Source of the DNA: Lentisphaeria bacterium
Lineage (GTDB): Bacteria > Verrucomicrobiota > Lentisphaeria > JABSQK01 > JAWLHB01
Assembly (NCBI GenBank): GCA_041690595.1
Contig: JAWLHB010000054.1
Coordinates: forward strand, 1-53,347
Length of the DNA: 53,347 nucleotides
Reading direction: 5' to 3'
The translations under genes were made by a program, and so were the position numbers. Position 1 is the first letter of the stretch. Each line of letters begins with the position of its first letter. A model generated the notes under the pieces. The model made no database searches. It had not been told where the DNA came from and saw only the letters and a list, made by a program, of their open reading frames with translations. Below, piece after piece: positions 44,779 through 53,347 of the stretch.

Positions 44779-45606
44779 ATGTCCGACTACACCCGTATAG
44801 CCAGCGCGATCGAGTTCATCGCCGAGAATGCGACCGCCCAGCCTTCCCTCGACGAGATCGCCGCGCATGTCCATCTGAGCCCCTATCATTTTCAGCGTCT
44901 TTTCAGCCGCTGGGCAGGCATCACCCCCAAGCGCTTCCTTCAGGTGCTCACCCTCGAGCGCGCCAAGGTGCTGCTCGCCGACTCACAGCCGCTGCTGCAC
45001 GTTGCCGACGCGGTGGGCTTGAGCAGCGCCTCCCGCCTTTATGACCATTTCATCCACCTCGAAGCCATCTCCCCCGGTGAGTTCAAGCAAGGTGGCGCCG
45101 GCTTGACGATCGAGCATGCCGTCCATGATTCCATTTTCGGCGATGCCTTCATCGCCGTCACTCCCCGGGGCATCTGCAGGCTGGCTTTCATCGACACTGG
45201 CGAGCGCGATGCCCAGCTGGCCGTCCTGCGCCGGCAGTGGCCCCAGGCCGAGCTTCGCGAAGATGTGGAACGTACACGCCCCTTCATCGATGCGATCTTT
45301 GCCGGCGGTTTCCCCGCCGATCGCCCCCTCTCCCTCCTCGTCTCGGGTACCAACTTCCAGATCAACGTGTGGAAAGCGCTCCTGCGCATCCCGCCGGGCG
45401 CTTACGCGAGCTACGGTCAGGTAGCCGCCGCGGCGGGGCGACCGGGAGCGGCTCGGGCGGTCGGCATGGCAGTCGGCGCCAATCCCATTGCCTTCGTGAT
45501 CCCCTGCCATCGCGTCATTCAGCAGAATGGCGCGCTCGGCGGATATCGATGGGGGCTCACCCGCAAGCGTGCCATTCAGGCGTGGGAAGCCGCTCGACAG
45601 CCGTGA
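44779..45606 (+). CDS. AraC-HTH + methylated-DNA-[protein]-cysteine S-methyltransferase (Ada/Ogt-like)
   Basis: LSPYHFQRLFSRWAGITPK; GTNFQ..VW, SYGQVA, RAVG, PCHRV active site. Confidence 0.9.
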   Translation: MSDYTRIASAIEFIAENATAQPSLDEIAAHVHLSPYHFQRLFSRWAGITPKRFLQVLTLERAKVLLADSQPLLHVADAVGLSSASRLYDHFIHLEAISPGEFKQGGAGLTIEHAVHDSIFGDAFIAVTPRGICRLAFIDTGERDAQLAVLRRQWPQAELREDVERTRPFIDAIFAGGFPADRPLSLLVSGTNFQINVWKALLRIPPGAYASYGQVAAAAGRPGAARAVGMAVGANPIAFVIPCHRVIQQNGALGGYRWGLTRKRAIQAWEAARQP

Positions 45607-45609
45607 CGC

Positions 45610-48330
45610 TTATCCGCGCCACCGCTTGTGAAGCTCGTTGACCGGAATCGCCGTCAACGCCACGGCCGCCGACACCAGCCAGACTTTCCAGCTCAACGGC
45701 TCCAGCCGCAGCAACCCCTGCGTCCAGGGAAGATAGATCGCCCCCACGTGCACCACCATCGATATCAGCACGCCCAACAGCAAGATCCTGTTGGTGAGCA
45801 GGCTCATTCGGAATATCGACACTCCTTCGCTGCGGCAGTTGAAGACATGCACCGCTTGGAAGAAGACCAGCGTCGTCAGCGCCGCCGTTCGGGCGACGGT
45901 CAGGTTTTCCTCACGTCCGCCCCATTGCCAGTAAAACACGGCCACCGTGCCCGCCGCCAGCCAGATCCCGATGATGATCAGCCGCTCGAGCAGCAGGCGA
46001 CTCAGTACCCCTTCATGCTTGGGCCGCGGCTTGCGTCGAAACAGCGCCTCCTCCCCCGGTTCGAAAGCCAGAGCCACATCGGCTATTCCGTTCGTCACCA
46101 CATTGCACCAGAGAATCTGCGCCGGCAACAGCGGCAGTGGCCATCCCGCCACCAGCGTGCCAAGGATGATGAGCACCAGCGAAGCCGCCGTGCTCAAGAG
46201 GAAGAAAGTTGCCATGCGGATGTTGCGAAATGCCGTGCGACCCTCCTCCACCGCCGCATACACGCTGGCAAAATTGTCATCAGTGATCACCATGTCGCTT
46301 GCTTCTTTCGCCACATCCGTGCCGCTACCCATTGCCGCGCCAAGATGGGCCGATTGCAGCGCGGGCGCATCGTTCACGCCATCGCCCGTCACCGCCACGA
46401 TGGCATCCTGGTCCTTCAGACTGTTCACCAATCGAAGCTTCTGCGACGGTTGCACCCGCGCGAATACCGAGACCTCCGCCAGCGTCTCCCTCAACGCGTC
46501 GTCGTTCAGGTCGTCCAGATCCTTTCCGGTCTTGACTGGCGGCAATTCCCCCTCGTCCTCGGTCTTTCCATTTCCCCCGATATGCACCTTCTTGCTGATT
46601 GCCGCCGCGGTCGTCGCATGATCGCCGGTCACCATGATCACGCGAATCCCTGCGTCCGCGCACCGATCCACGGCCTTCACCGCGCTCTCCCGTGGCGGAT
46701 CCAGGAGCCCCTGCATTCCGACAAAGGTCAGCTTCTCCGCTGAATCTTCCCTCACACCTTTCACCGCCTCATCTCCCCGTCCGATGGCCATCGCCAGAAC
46801 GCGAAGCCCATTCGCCGCCAGCTCCTCGTTCGCCCTCTCCACCGCGCTCGGGTCGAAGTTGTCATCGATCCCGTCTTTCAACTGTCGACTCGCGCACATC
46901 TCCGCGATGCGCTCGGGGGAGCCTTTGACAAGTACCAGCGGCCCTTCACCCTCTTCCCGCGACTCGTGAATCGTCGCCATGTAACGACGCTCGGTACGAA
47001 AGGGCACGATGTCCCGGCGCGGATAGTTCTTCTTCAGTTCCTCCAGATCCAACTTCGCTCGCTGTGCCGCCACCAGCAGCGCCACCTCCATCGGATCGCC
47101 TGCGTTCTCCTCGTCATCCGTCGCCGGCAGCTTCGCCTCATTGCAGAGCAGCCCCGTAAGCATGGTCAGGAAGAGGGCTTCATTCCCCTCCACATTGCCA
47201 TCGCGCCCCTCCTCCTGAAGCCCTCCTTCCTCCGTGAGGGAGAAGCTGCCTTCACTCGTCACCACCTGTTGCACGCTCATGCGGTTCTGGGTCAGCGTTC
47301 CGGTCTTGTCGGAAAGGATGACATTGCAGCTGCCTAGTGTATCGACAGCCGGCAAATGGCGTATCACCGCGTGCCGCTTCGCCATCCGTCGCACCCCGAT
47401 TGCGAGCGCCACAGTCACCACGATGGGCAGCCCCTCCGGGATTGCCGCCACCATCAGCGCCACCGCCAGCAGCAGCATCTCCATCAGATCCTGCCCCTGC
47501 AACCAGCCCACCACCAGCACCACCAGCGCGATACCCATGATGCCGAAGGTGATCCAATGCGTCATCCGGTTGATCCGCATCTGCAGAGGCGTCTGGGTTT
47601 TTTCCGCGGCTCCAACCTGCTCCGCGATCTCCCCGATCTCGGTCTGCGAACCGGTGGCCACGATCACCCCTTCGCAGCTCCCGCTTGTGGCTGCCGTCCC
47701 CATGAACGCCATGTTCTTCTGATCCGCCGGCGCCAGATTCTCATCGGTCTCCGCCAGTTCCTCCACCCCTTTGCTCACCGGCACCGACTCGCCCGTCAGC
47801 GGCGCTTCATTCACCTGGAATGACTGATTCTTCACCAGCCGGATATCCGCCGGCACCACCTGCCCCTGCTCGATCAGCACGATATCGCCGACCACCAGCA
47901 TTTCGCTCTCGATCTCCCGCTCCTTCCCCTCCCGCCGAACCCGCGCCTTCGGGCTCACCATCTCCATCAGCGAGTGGACCGCGCTCTCCGCCTTCGACTC
48001 CTGCAGAAAGCCGATCGTCGCATTGATCAGAAGCACCGCCCCGATTACCAGAGCGTCGGCATATTCCCGGATGCCGAGGGTCACCACCAGCGCCCCCAGC
48101 AGCACATAGATCAAGGGATCGGTGAACTGGTTCAGCAGAATACTCCAGTTGCTCCTCTTCTTCTGCTCACGGATTCTGTTCGGGCCATCCCGCTCCAGCC
48201 TGGATGCCGCTTCATCTTCACCCAGCCCCTGTTCACGCACCGTCTCCAGCGACTCCAGAATCTCATTCACCGGCAGACGATGCCACGCCTGACCTTGCGA
48301 CCTGCTCCCCTTCTTCTCTTTTGCTGCCAT
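45610..48330 (-). CDS. Cation-transporting P-type ATPase (P2/PacL-like)
   Basis: LTGES, IPEGLP, SDKTGTLT, KGSPE, DPPR, MVTGDH, TGDGVNDAPAL. Confidence 0.92.
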   Translation of the reverse strand: MAAKEKKGSRSQGQAWHRLPVNEILESLETVREQGLGEDEAASRLERDGPNRIREQKKRSNWSILLNQFTDPLIYVLLGALVVTLGIREYADALVIGAVLLINATIGFLQESKAESAVHSLMEMVSPKARVRREGKEREIESEMLVVGDIVLIEQGQVVPADIRLVKNQSFQVNEAPLTGESVPVSKGVEELAETDENLAPADQKNMAFMGTAATSGSCEGVIVATGSQTEIGEIAEQVGAAEKTQTPLQMRINRMTHWITFGIMGIALVVLVVGWLQGQDLMEMLLLAVALMVAAIPEGLPIVVTVALAIGVRRMAKRHAVIRHLPAVDTLGSCNVILSDKTGTLTQNRMSVQQVVTSEGSFSLTEEGGLQEEGRDGNVEGNEALFLTMLTGLLCNEAKLPATDDEENAGDPMEVALLVAAQRAKLDLEELKKNYPRRDIVPFRTERRYMATIHESREEGEGPLVLVKGSPERIAEMCASRQLKDGIDDNFDPSAVERANEELAANGLRVLAMAIGRGDEAVKGVREDSAEKLTFVGMQGLLDPPRESAVKAVDRCADAGIRVIMVTGDHATTAAAISKKVHIGGNGKTEDEGELPPVKTGKDLDDLNDDALRETLAEVSVFARVQPSQKLRLVNSLKDQDAIVAVTGDGVNDAPALQSAHLGAAMGSGTDVAKEASDMVITDDNFASVYAAVEEGRTAFRNIRMATFFLLSTAASLVLIILGTLVAGWPLPLLPAQILWCNVVTNGIADVALAFEPGEEALFRRKPRPKHEGVLSRLLLERLIIIGIWLAAGTVAVFYWQWGGREENLTVARTAALTTLVFFQAVHVFNCRSEGVSIFRMSLLTNRILLLGVLISMVVHVGAIYLPWTQGLLRLEPLSWKVWLVSAAVALTAIPVNELHKRWRG

Positions 48331-48347
48331 GATCGGGAACCTCGCGG

Positions 48348-50726
48348 CTAGGCTTCGGCTTCGGCTTCGGCCACGACCTTCAAGACCTCCAGAACGCTGT
48401 CTGGATTCACGGAAATGGAGTCGATTCCCGCCTCCACCAGGAAGGCCGCAAAGTCAGGATAATCACTTGGTGCCTGTCCGCAGATGCCGACCGGCGTATC
48501 CTTCGCATGCGCTTTCTGGATGAGGTGGCGGATCGCCTGTTTGACTGCCGGGTGGCGCTCGTCAAAGAGATCCGCCAGCCGATCGGAATCCCGATCCACG
48601 CCCAGAAGCAGCTGCGTCAGGTCGTTGGTGCCGATGCTGAATCCGTCGAAGCGATCCGCGAATTGCTCCGCCAGGATGATGTTGGAGGGAATCTCCGCCA
48701 TCACGTACACCTGAAAGCCATGCTCACCACGCTTCAAACCATTCTCCTCCATCGCCTGGAGGACCTTGTCTGCCTCCTCGGGTGTGCGGCAGAACGGAAC
48801 CATGACGATGATGTTGTCCAGCCCGATCTCCTCACGTGCCAGCTTGATGGCGCGACACTCCAGCTTGAAGCCATCGCGATACTCGTCGCTGTAGTAACGC
48901 GAAGCGCCACGGAAGCCCAGCATGGGATTCTCCTCCTGCGGCTCGAAGGCGCTGCCGCCGATCAACTGCGCGTACTCATTGGTCTTGAAGTCGCTCAACC
49001 GCAGCACCGTCGGCTTCGGATACTGCGATGCCGCAATCCTGGCGATGCCCCGGGCCAGAAAATCAACGAAGTAGTTGGTCTTCTCTTCGTACGCGCTGGT
49101 CATCCTTTCGATCTGCTCGCGCGCCTCCTTGTCGTCCAGCTCATCAAAGCGGGTCAGGGCCAGAGGATGGATCTTGATCGTGTTGTTGATGATGAACTCC
49201 ATGCGTGCGAGCCCGATGCCCTGCACCGGCAGGTTCCACCAGCGGAAAGCGGCGTCGGGACTCGCCAGGTTCATCATCACCTTTGTCTTTGTCTCCGGGA
49301 TCTCACTCAAGTCGATATCTTCCGCCTCGTAATCCAGTTCTCCGTCGTACACGCGACCAGTCTCCCCCTCCGCGCAGGAGACGGTGACGCTCTGGCCCTG
49401 GCTCAGGATCTCCGTCCCGTTCTCCGTGCCGATGATCGCCGGTACGCCAAGCTCGCGGCTGACGATCGCGGCGTGGCTGGTTCTTCCCCCCTTGTTGGTG
49501 ACGATCGCGGCGGCCGTACGCATCAGCGGCACCCAGTCCGGATCAGTCATCTCCGTCACCAGAATGGCTCCCTTCTCGAACCTGTCCTGATCGTCCAGTG
49601 ACTTCAGCAGAGAGACTGGTCCCGCGGCAATGGCATCCCCCACCGCCAAGCCTTCCACGAGGACCTCCCCCTTTTCCTTGAGCGAGTAGTGCTTGAGGGT
49701 GGCTGCCGCCTTTTGCGACTGCACCGTCTCGGGTCGCGCCTGCACGATGAAAAGCTCGTCCGTCTCCCCATCCTTCGCCCATTCAATATCCATCGCCTTC
49801 CCGTAGTGCTCCTCGATCGCCACGGCCCACCGTGCCAATTGCAGGATCTCCTCGTCATTCAGGGTGAACTGACGTCGCTCCTCCGCCGGCACTTCTTCTT
49901 CCCGGGTCGCCTTTTCACCGCTTGAAGCGACGATGCGCTTTTGCTTCGCCCCCACCTTCTTGTCGATGATGGGCAGCTTGCCGTCCTTGAGCAGCGGTTT
50001 GAAGACCCGGAACTCATCCGGCGTGATTGTACCGCCCACCACCGTTTCGCCCAGCCCCCAGCCACCGTTGATCACCACCACATCGGGAAAGCCCGACTCC
50101 GTATCCAAGGTAAACATCACCCCTGCCGATGCCTTGTCGGCACGAACCATCTTCTGCACCCCCACCGAAAGTGCCACATCCAGATGATCGAACCCCTGCT
50201 CCTCGCGATAGCTGATCGCCCGGTCGGTAAATAACGATGCATAGCACTGCCGGCAGGCCTTCCGCAGTTCGTCTTTCCCCCTGATATTCAAGAAGCTCTC
50301 CTGCTGACCGGCAAAACTCGCCTCGGGCAGATCCTCTGCCGTCGCGCTGCTCCTTACCGCAACGTCCACCTCCTTCTCACTGTAACGCTTGCTCAATTCC
50401 TCGTAAGCACCATCGATCGCCTCCGCCAGCTCTTCGGGGAAGTCACCGTCAAGGATCAGCTCGCGGATCGTCTCCCCCACCTCGTCCACGTTGCCGCCAT
50501 CATCGGCCAACTTATCCAGCGCTTCGCGCAGACGATCATCCAACTCATTGTGCTCAAGGAAGCGCCGGTAGGCGTCGGCCGTTGTCGCGAAGCCATCCGG
50601 CACCCGTATTTCCCGCTCCTTCAACTCCCGGATCATCTCACCCAGCGAGGCATTCTTGCCTCCCACCCGCGGAACGTCGTCCGAATCAAGATCGTCAAAC
50701 CAGCGGATATAGGTCGTGGTTGTCAT
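48348..50726 (-). CDS. ppsA: Phosphoenolpyruvate synthase
   Basis: VGGKNASLGEM, VRSSATAED, QARPETV, GGRTSHAAIVSRELG, GFSIGTNDLTQ, GICGQAPSD; alternative start 50738. Confidence 0.95.
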   Translation of the reverse strand: MTTTTYIRWFDDLDSDDVPRVGGKNASLGEMIRELKEREIRVPDGFATTADAYRRFLEHNELDDRLREALDKLADDGGNVDEVGETIRELILDGDFPEELAEAIDGAYEELSKRYSEKEVDVAVRSSATAEDLPEASFAGQQESFLNIRGKDELRKACRQCYASLFTDRAISYREEQGFDHLDVALSVGVQKMVRADKASAGVMFTLDTESGFPDVVVINGGWGLGETVVGGTITPDEFRVFKPLLKDGKLPIIDKKVGAKQKRIVASSGEKATREEEVPAEERRQFTLNDEEILQLARWAVAIEEHYGKAMDIEWAKDGETDELFIVQARPETVQSQKAAATLKHYSLKEKGEVLVEGLAVGDAIAAGPVSLLKSLDDQDRFEKGAILVTEMTDPDWVPLMRTAAAIVTNKGGRTSHAAIVSRELGVPAIIGTENGTEILSQGQSVTVSCAEGETGRVYDGELDYEAEDIDLSEIPETKTKVMMNLASPDAAFRWWNLPVQGIGLARMEFIINNTIKIHPLALTRFDELDDKEAREQIERMTSAYEEKTNYFVDFLARGIARIAASQYPKPTVLRLSDFKTNEYAQLIGGSAFEPQEENPMLGFRGASRYYSDEYRDGFKLECRAIKLAREEIGLDNIIVMVPFCRTPEEADKVLQAMEENGLKRGEHGFQVYVMAEIPSNIILAEQFADRFDGFSIGTNDLTQLLLGVDRDSDRLADLFDERHPAVKQAIRHLIQKAHAKDTPVGICGQAPSDYPDFAAFLVEAGIDSISVNPDSVLEVLKVVAEAEAEA

Positions 50727-50740
50727 CTTCTCCTCCATGC

Positions 50741-51682
50741 TTAATCATCATTGTCCTGATTGTTGAGAATGCGCTCGAAAAGCCGGTCGGTATCCTCGAG
50801 CCGACAGAGATCGGTGGCCGGCGTCATCACCGCGGCCGCTCCCGCCGCCACCGCGTAACGGGCAGCGGTAGTCAGATCCGCTCCGGCACTCAGCTTGCGG
50901 AGCAGTCCCGCCACCATGCTGTCACCGGCCCCCACCTTGCTCTTGATCTTCACCGTCGGGCTGCGGACGTGCAGACTCTCGTCCGCGGTGACCAGGAGCG
51001 CGCCACCGGCGCCCAGGGAGGTGAGCACTGCCGTCAGCCCATGATCGGCAATCAGCCGCCGCGAACACTCGTGCACCTGCCGATCGCTGCCGATCTCCTC
51101 TCCGGCCAGTTCACCCAACTCGCGTACGTTCGGCTTCAGCAACGTCACTCTGCCGCCAAGGCAATGCTTCAGTGCCTCTCCCGAGGTATCCACCAGATAC
51201 TGGCACCCCTCCGGGACGACCCGACCAAGCTGCGCATACAGATCGATCGGTGCCCCGGGTGGCAGGCTCCCGCTGGCCACCACATACGCCGCGTCACTTC
51301 GCTCGACGCGCTCCAGCAAGCGCGAGATGGCCGACTCGTTCAGTTCCGCCCCCGGCATTCCGAAACGATACTGCTGGCCGGAGCCGCTCTCCCAGACGAT
51401 GAAGTTCTCCCGCGTCTCTACACCGGGGAGGTCGATTGCCTCCTGGTCGATACCAATGTCGTCCAGCAGGTCATGCATCAGGCTTCCGGTATGGCCGCCG
51501 CAAAACCAGAGTGCCTTCGAGTCGCCTCTCAGGTTGAGTAGCGCACGGGATACATTGATCCCGCCGCCGCCGGGCTGCTTCAGCGGCTTTTCGCACCGCA
51601 GTTTTCGTTCGACAACCACCTGATCGATTCGGGTATTGACATCGAGGGCAGGATTCACGGTAATAGTCAGGATACTTGACAT
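50741..51682 (-). CDS. pfkB: 1-phosphofructokinase-family (PfkB) hexose kinase
   Basis: TITVNPALD, PGGGGINVSR, SGSLPPG, DTSG, LKPN..EL, VGAGDSMVAG. Confidence 0.85.
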   Translation of the reverse strand: MSSILTITVNPALDVNTRIDQVVVERKLRCEKPLKQPGGGGINVSRALLNLRGDSKALWFCGGHTGSLMHDLLDDIGIDQEAIDLPGVETRENFIVWESGSGQQYRFGMPGAELNESAISRLLERVERSDAAYVVASGSLPPGAPIDLYAQLGRVVPEGCQYLVDTSGEALKHCLGGRVTLLKPNVRELGELAGEEIGSDRQVHECSRRLIADHGLTAVLTSLGAGGALLVTADESLHVRSPTVKIKSKVGAGDSMVAGLLRKLSAGADLTTAARYAVAAGAAAVMTPATDLCRLEDTDRLFERILNNQDNDD

Positions 51683-51801
51683 GATTGTACAGCTGCTTTT
51701 TCGGATTCACTGGGCTATGCCCGCGACGATGCATGGTGGTGAGCGTCACCTATGGCACTTCCCCGTGCAGCATGGTCATTGCCAATGTTGGCGCGGCATC
51801 T

Positions 51802-51817
51802 TGGCAACCAGCTTGCT
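51802..51817 (+). promoter_or_regulatory. Candidate sigma54 promoter for glycosyltransferase
   Basis: TGGCAA-CCAGC-TTGCT (GG-N10-GC) 45 nt upstream of ATG 51863. Confidence 0.5.
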
Positions 51818-51862
51818 ACATCATCATTTGGAAGCACTCAGCCCGCCCCCTGGGAGTACAAC

Positions 51863-53170
51863 ATGTCGAATCAGAAGGCTCGATCAGCCCCTCAGCCAAA
51901 GAGATCTCAGGACGAGAAGGACAATGGCATCAACGTCGGCTTCGTCTCCACCCGCCTGGCGGGTACCGACGGGGTTTCGCTGGAGGCGGACAAATGGGCC
52001 GCCGTGCTTACCGAACAGGGCCATCTCTGCCACTATTTCGCCGGCCTCCTCGATACCCCCGAGGAACGCAGCATGTGTCTGGACATTGCCTACTTCGGCC
52101 ACCCCGATATCCGCGAGATCACCAGCACCTGCTTCGCGGGAGTCACCCGCAGTCGCGGCCTGACCCGCCGAATCCAAGATCTGAAGGAACAGCTCAAGGA
52201 CGCCCTCTACGACTACATTGAAAGCTTCAACCTGGAGATGCTGATCGCGGAGAATGCGCTCAGCCTACCGATGAATCTGCCGCTCGGACTGGCTCTCTCT
52301 GAAGTCATCGCCGAAACCGGCATCCACACCATCGCCCATCACCACGACTTTTACTGGGAGCGCCAGCGCTTCCTGGTCAACTGCGTCTGGGACTACATCA
52401 ATCAGGCCTTCCCGCCCAATCATCCCAGCATCAGCCATGTCTGCATCAACAGCTCCGCCCGTCATCAACTCACCCTGCGCCATGGCATCTCCTCCGTCGT
52501 GATCCCCAATGTTTTCGACTTCTCCCAGGAAGCAGCCGAACGCGACCACTATGCCAACGACTTTCGCGAGCGTGCCGGCTTGAGCGATCAGGATCTCCTG
52601 GTCCTCCAGCCGACCCGCGCGGTCCTTCGAAAAGGCATCGAGCATTCCGTCGAATTCGTCAAACGGCTCGACCGCCCCGCCACTCTGGTCATTTCCCATG
52701 ATACCGGCGACGAACGTCGCGACTACGCCCAGCGCATCCGGGACTACTCCGACCTTCTGGGGGTGAAGACAATCTTCGCATCCGACATGATTGACGAAAA
52801 CCGCTCTACGGATGACGACGGCAATAAGATCTATGGTCTTCACGACATCTATCCGCTGGCGGATCTGGTCACCTATCCGTCGGATTTCGAAGGGTTCGGC
52901 AATGCTTTTCTCGAGACGGTTTTCCACCGAAAGCCGATCGTCGTCAACGTTTACTCCGTCTACTTGACGGATATCCGGCCCAAGGGATTCCGCACTATCG
53001 AGCTGGATGGCTACGTCACCCGGAAGGCGCTGGATCAGGCGAGGACCTTGCTCGACGACACCGATTTGAGGCTGGAGATGGTCAATCACAACCATGATGT
53101 GGCCAGCCGGTGCTTCTCCTACGAGGTCCTCCAGCGCAAGCTTGGCTCCCTGATGAGCGACGAACTCTGA
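51863..53170 (+). CDS. GT4 glycosyltransferase, mannosylglucosylglycerate-synthase-like
   Basis: STRLAGTDGVSLEADKW, HHHDFYWER, QPTRAV.RKGIE, TYPS..EGFGNAFLE. Confidence 0.75.
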   Translation: MSNQKARSAPQPKRSQDEKDNGINVGFVSTRLAGTDGVSLEADKWAAVLTEQGHLCHYFAGLLDTPEERSMCLDIAYFGHPDIREITSTCFAGVTRSRGLTRRIQDLKEQLKDALYDYIESFNLEMLIAENALSLPMNLPLGLALSEVIAETGIHTIAHHHDFYWERQRFLVNCVWDYINQAFPPNHPSISHVCINSSARHQLTLRHGISSVVIPNVFDFSQEAAERDHYANDFRERAGLSDQDLLVLQPTRAVLRKGIEHSVEFVKRLDRPATLVISHDTGDERRDYAQRIRDYSDLLGVKTIFASDMIDENRSTDDDGNKIYGLHDIYPLADLVTYPSDFEGFGNAFLETVFHRKPIVVNVYSVYLTDIRPKGFRTIELDGYVTRKALDQARTLLDDTDLRLEMVNHNHDVASRCFSYEVLQRKLGSLMSDEL

Positions 53171-53221
53171 CGCCAAGGAGAGGCAGTCTCAAATTTTCTC
53201 CAAAATACTCGCAAAAGGCAT

Positions 53222-53346
53222 TTGCACACCGCAAAAGGCCTGCTACTTTAACGGCTCCTTAACACGGCGCGTCGAGAGCGATGCGAGCAAGCTTCCGAAA
53301 AAAGTTTTGGAAACGGGTTTGCAAAGCGCGAAGGTCGGATTAAGGT
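53222..53346 (+). promoter_or_regulatory. Tandem sigma70 promoters with 16-bp spacers (rrn P1/P2-like)
   Basis: TTGCAC-16-TACTTT (53222-53249) and TTGCAA-16-TAAGGT (53319-53346), each preceded by A/T tracts. Confidence 0.55.
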
Positions 53347-53347
53347 A

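Noticed and set aside
51753..51768. TGGCAC..GTGC second sigma54-like site
   Set aside because: GG-GC spacing is one base too long

Overview
This is a GC-rich bacterial chromosomal window. The gene repertoire (GntR/LacI-hybrid regulator, UroD-family and FAD_oxidored enzymes, TMTC-like TPR protein) resembles the PVC group, e.g. Lentisphaerae, but that is an inference. Recognisable metabolic genes include hydE with a TM1266-type regulator, aconitase, bshA, argJ/argC, ppsA, pfkB, a P-type ATPase, an O6-methylguanine methyltransferase and a GT4 glycosyltransferase, plus several catabolic oxidoreductases. The window ends in a tandem rrn-like promoter pair. The strongest novelty candidate is an operon of three tandem, translationally coupled ClpA/B-like AAA+ ATPases (14291-22996). 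They have HicB-like N-termini, non-canonical D1 Walker B and D2 pore loops, and IGF-like loops. Two end in a degenerate peptide-release-factor module that lacks the GGQ domain, suggesting a heteromeric, possibly ribosome-directed unfoldase. Other unusual elements are a stand-alone GGQ-less release-factor domain behind hydE, a Schlafen/AlbA_2 plus Walker-A-degenerate ParA cassette bracketed by 31-bp direct repeats, an orphan three-gene phage tail-fibre module, and a fused active/inactive KAS III (OleA-like) didomain. A sigma54-driven porin with paired enhancer-like boxes and two tandem secreted paralogues are also present. All family calls were made by eye from motifs; no database searches were run.
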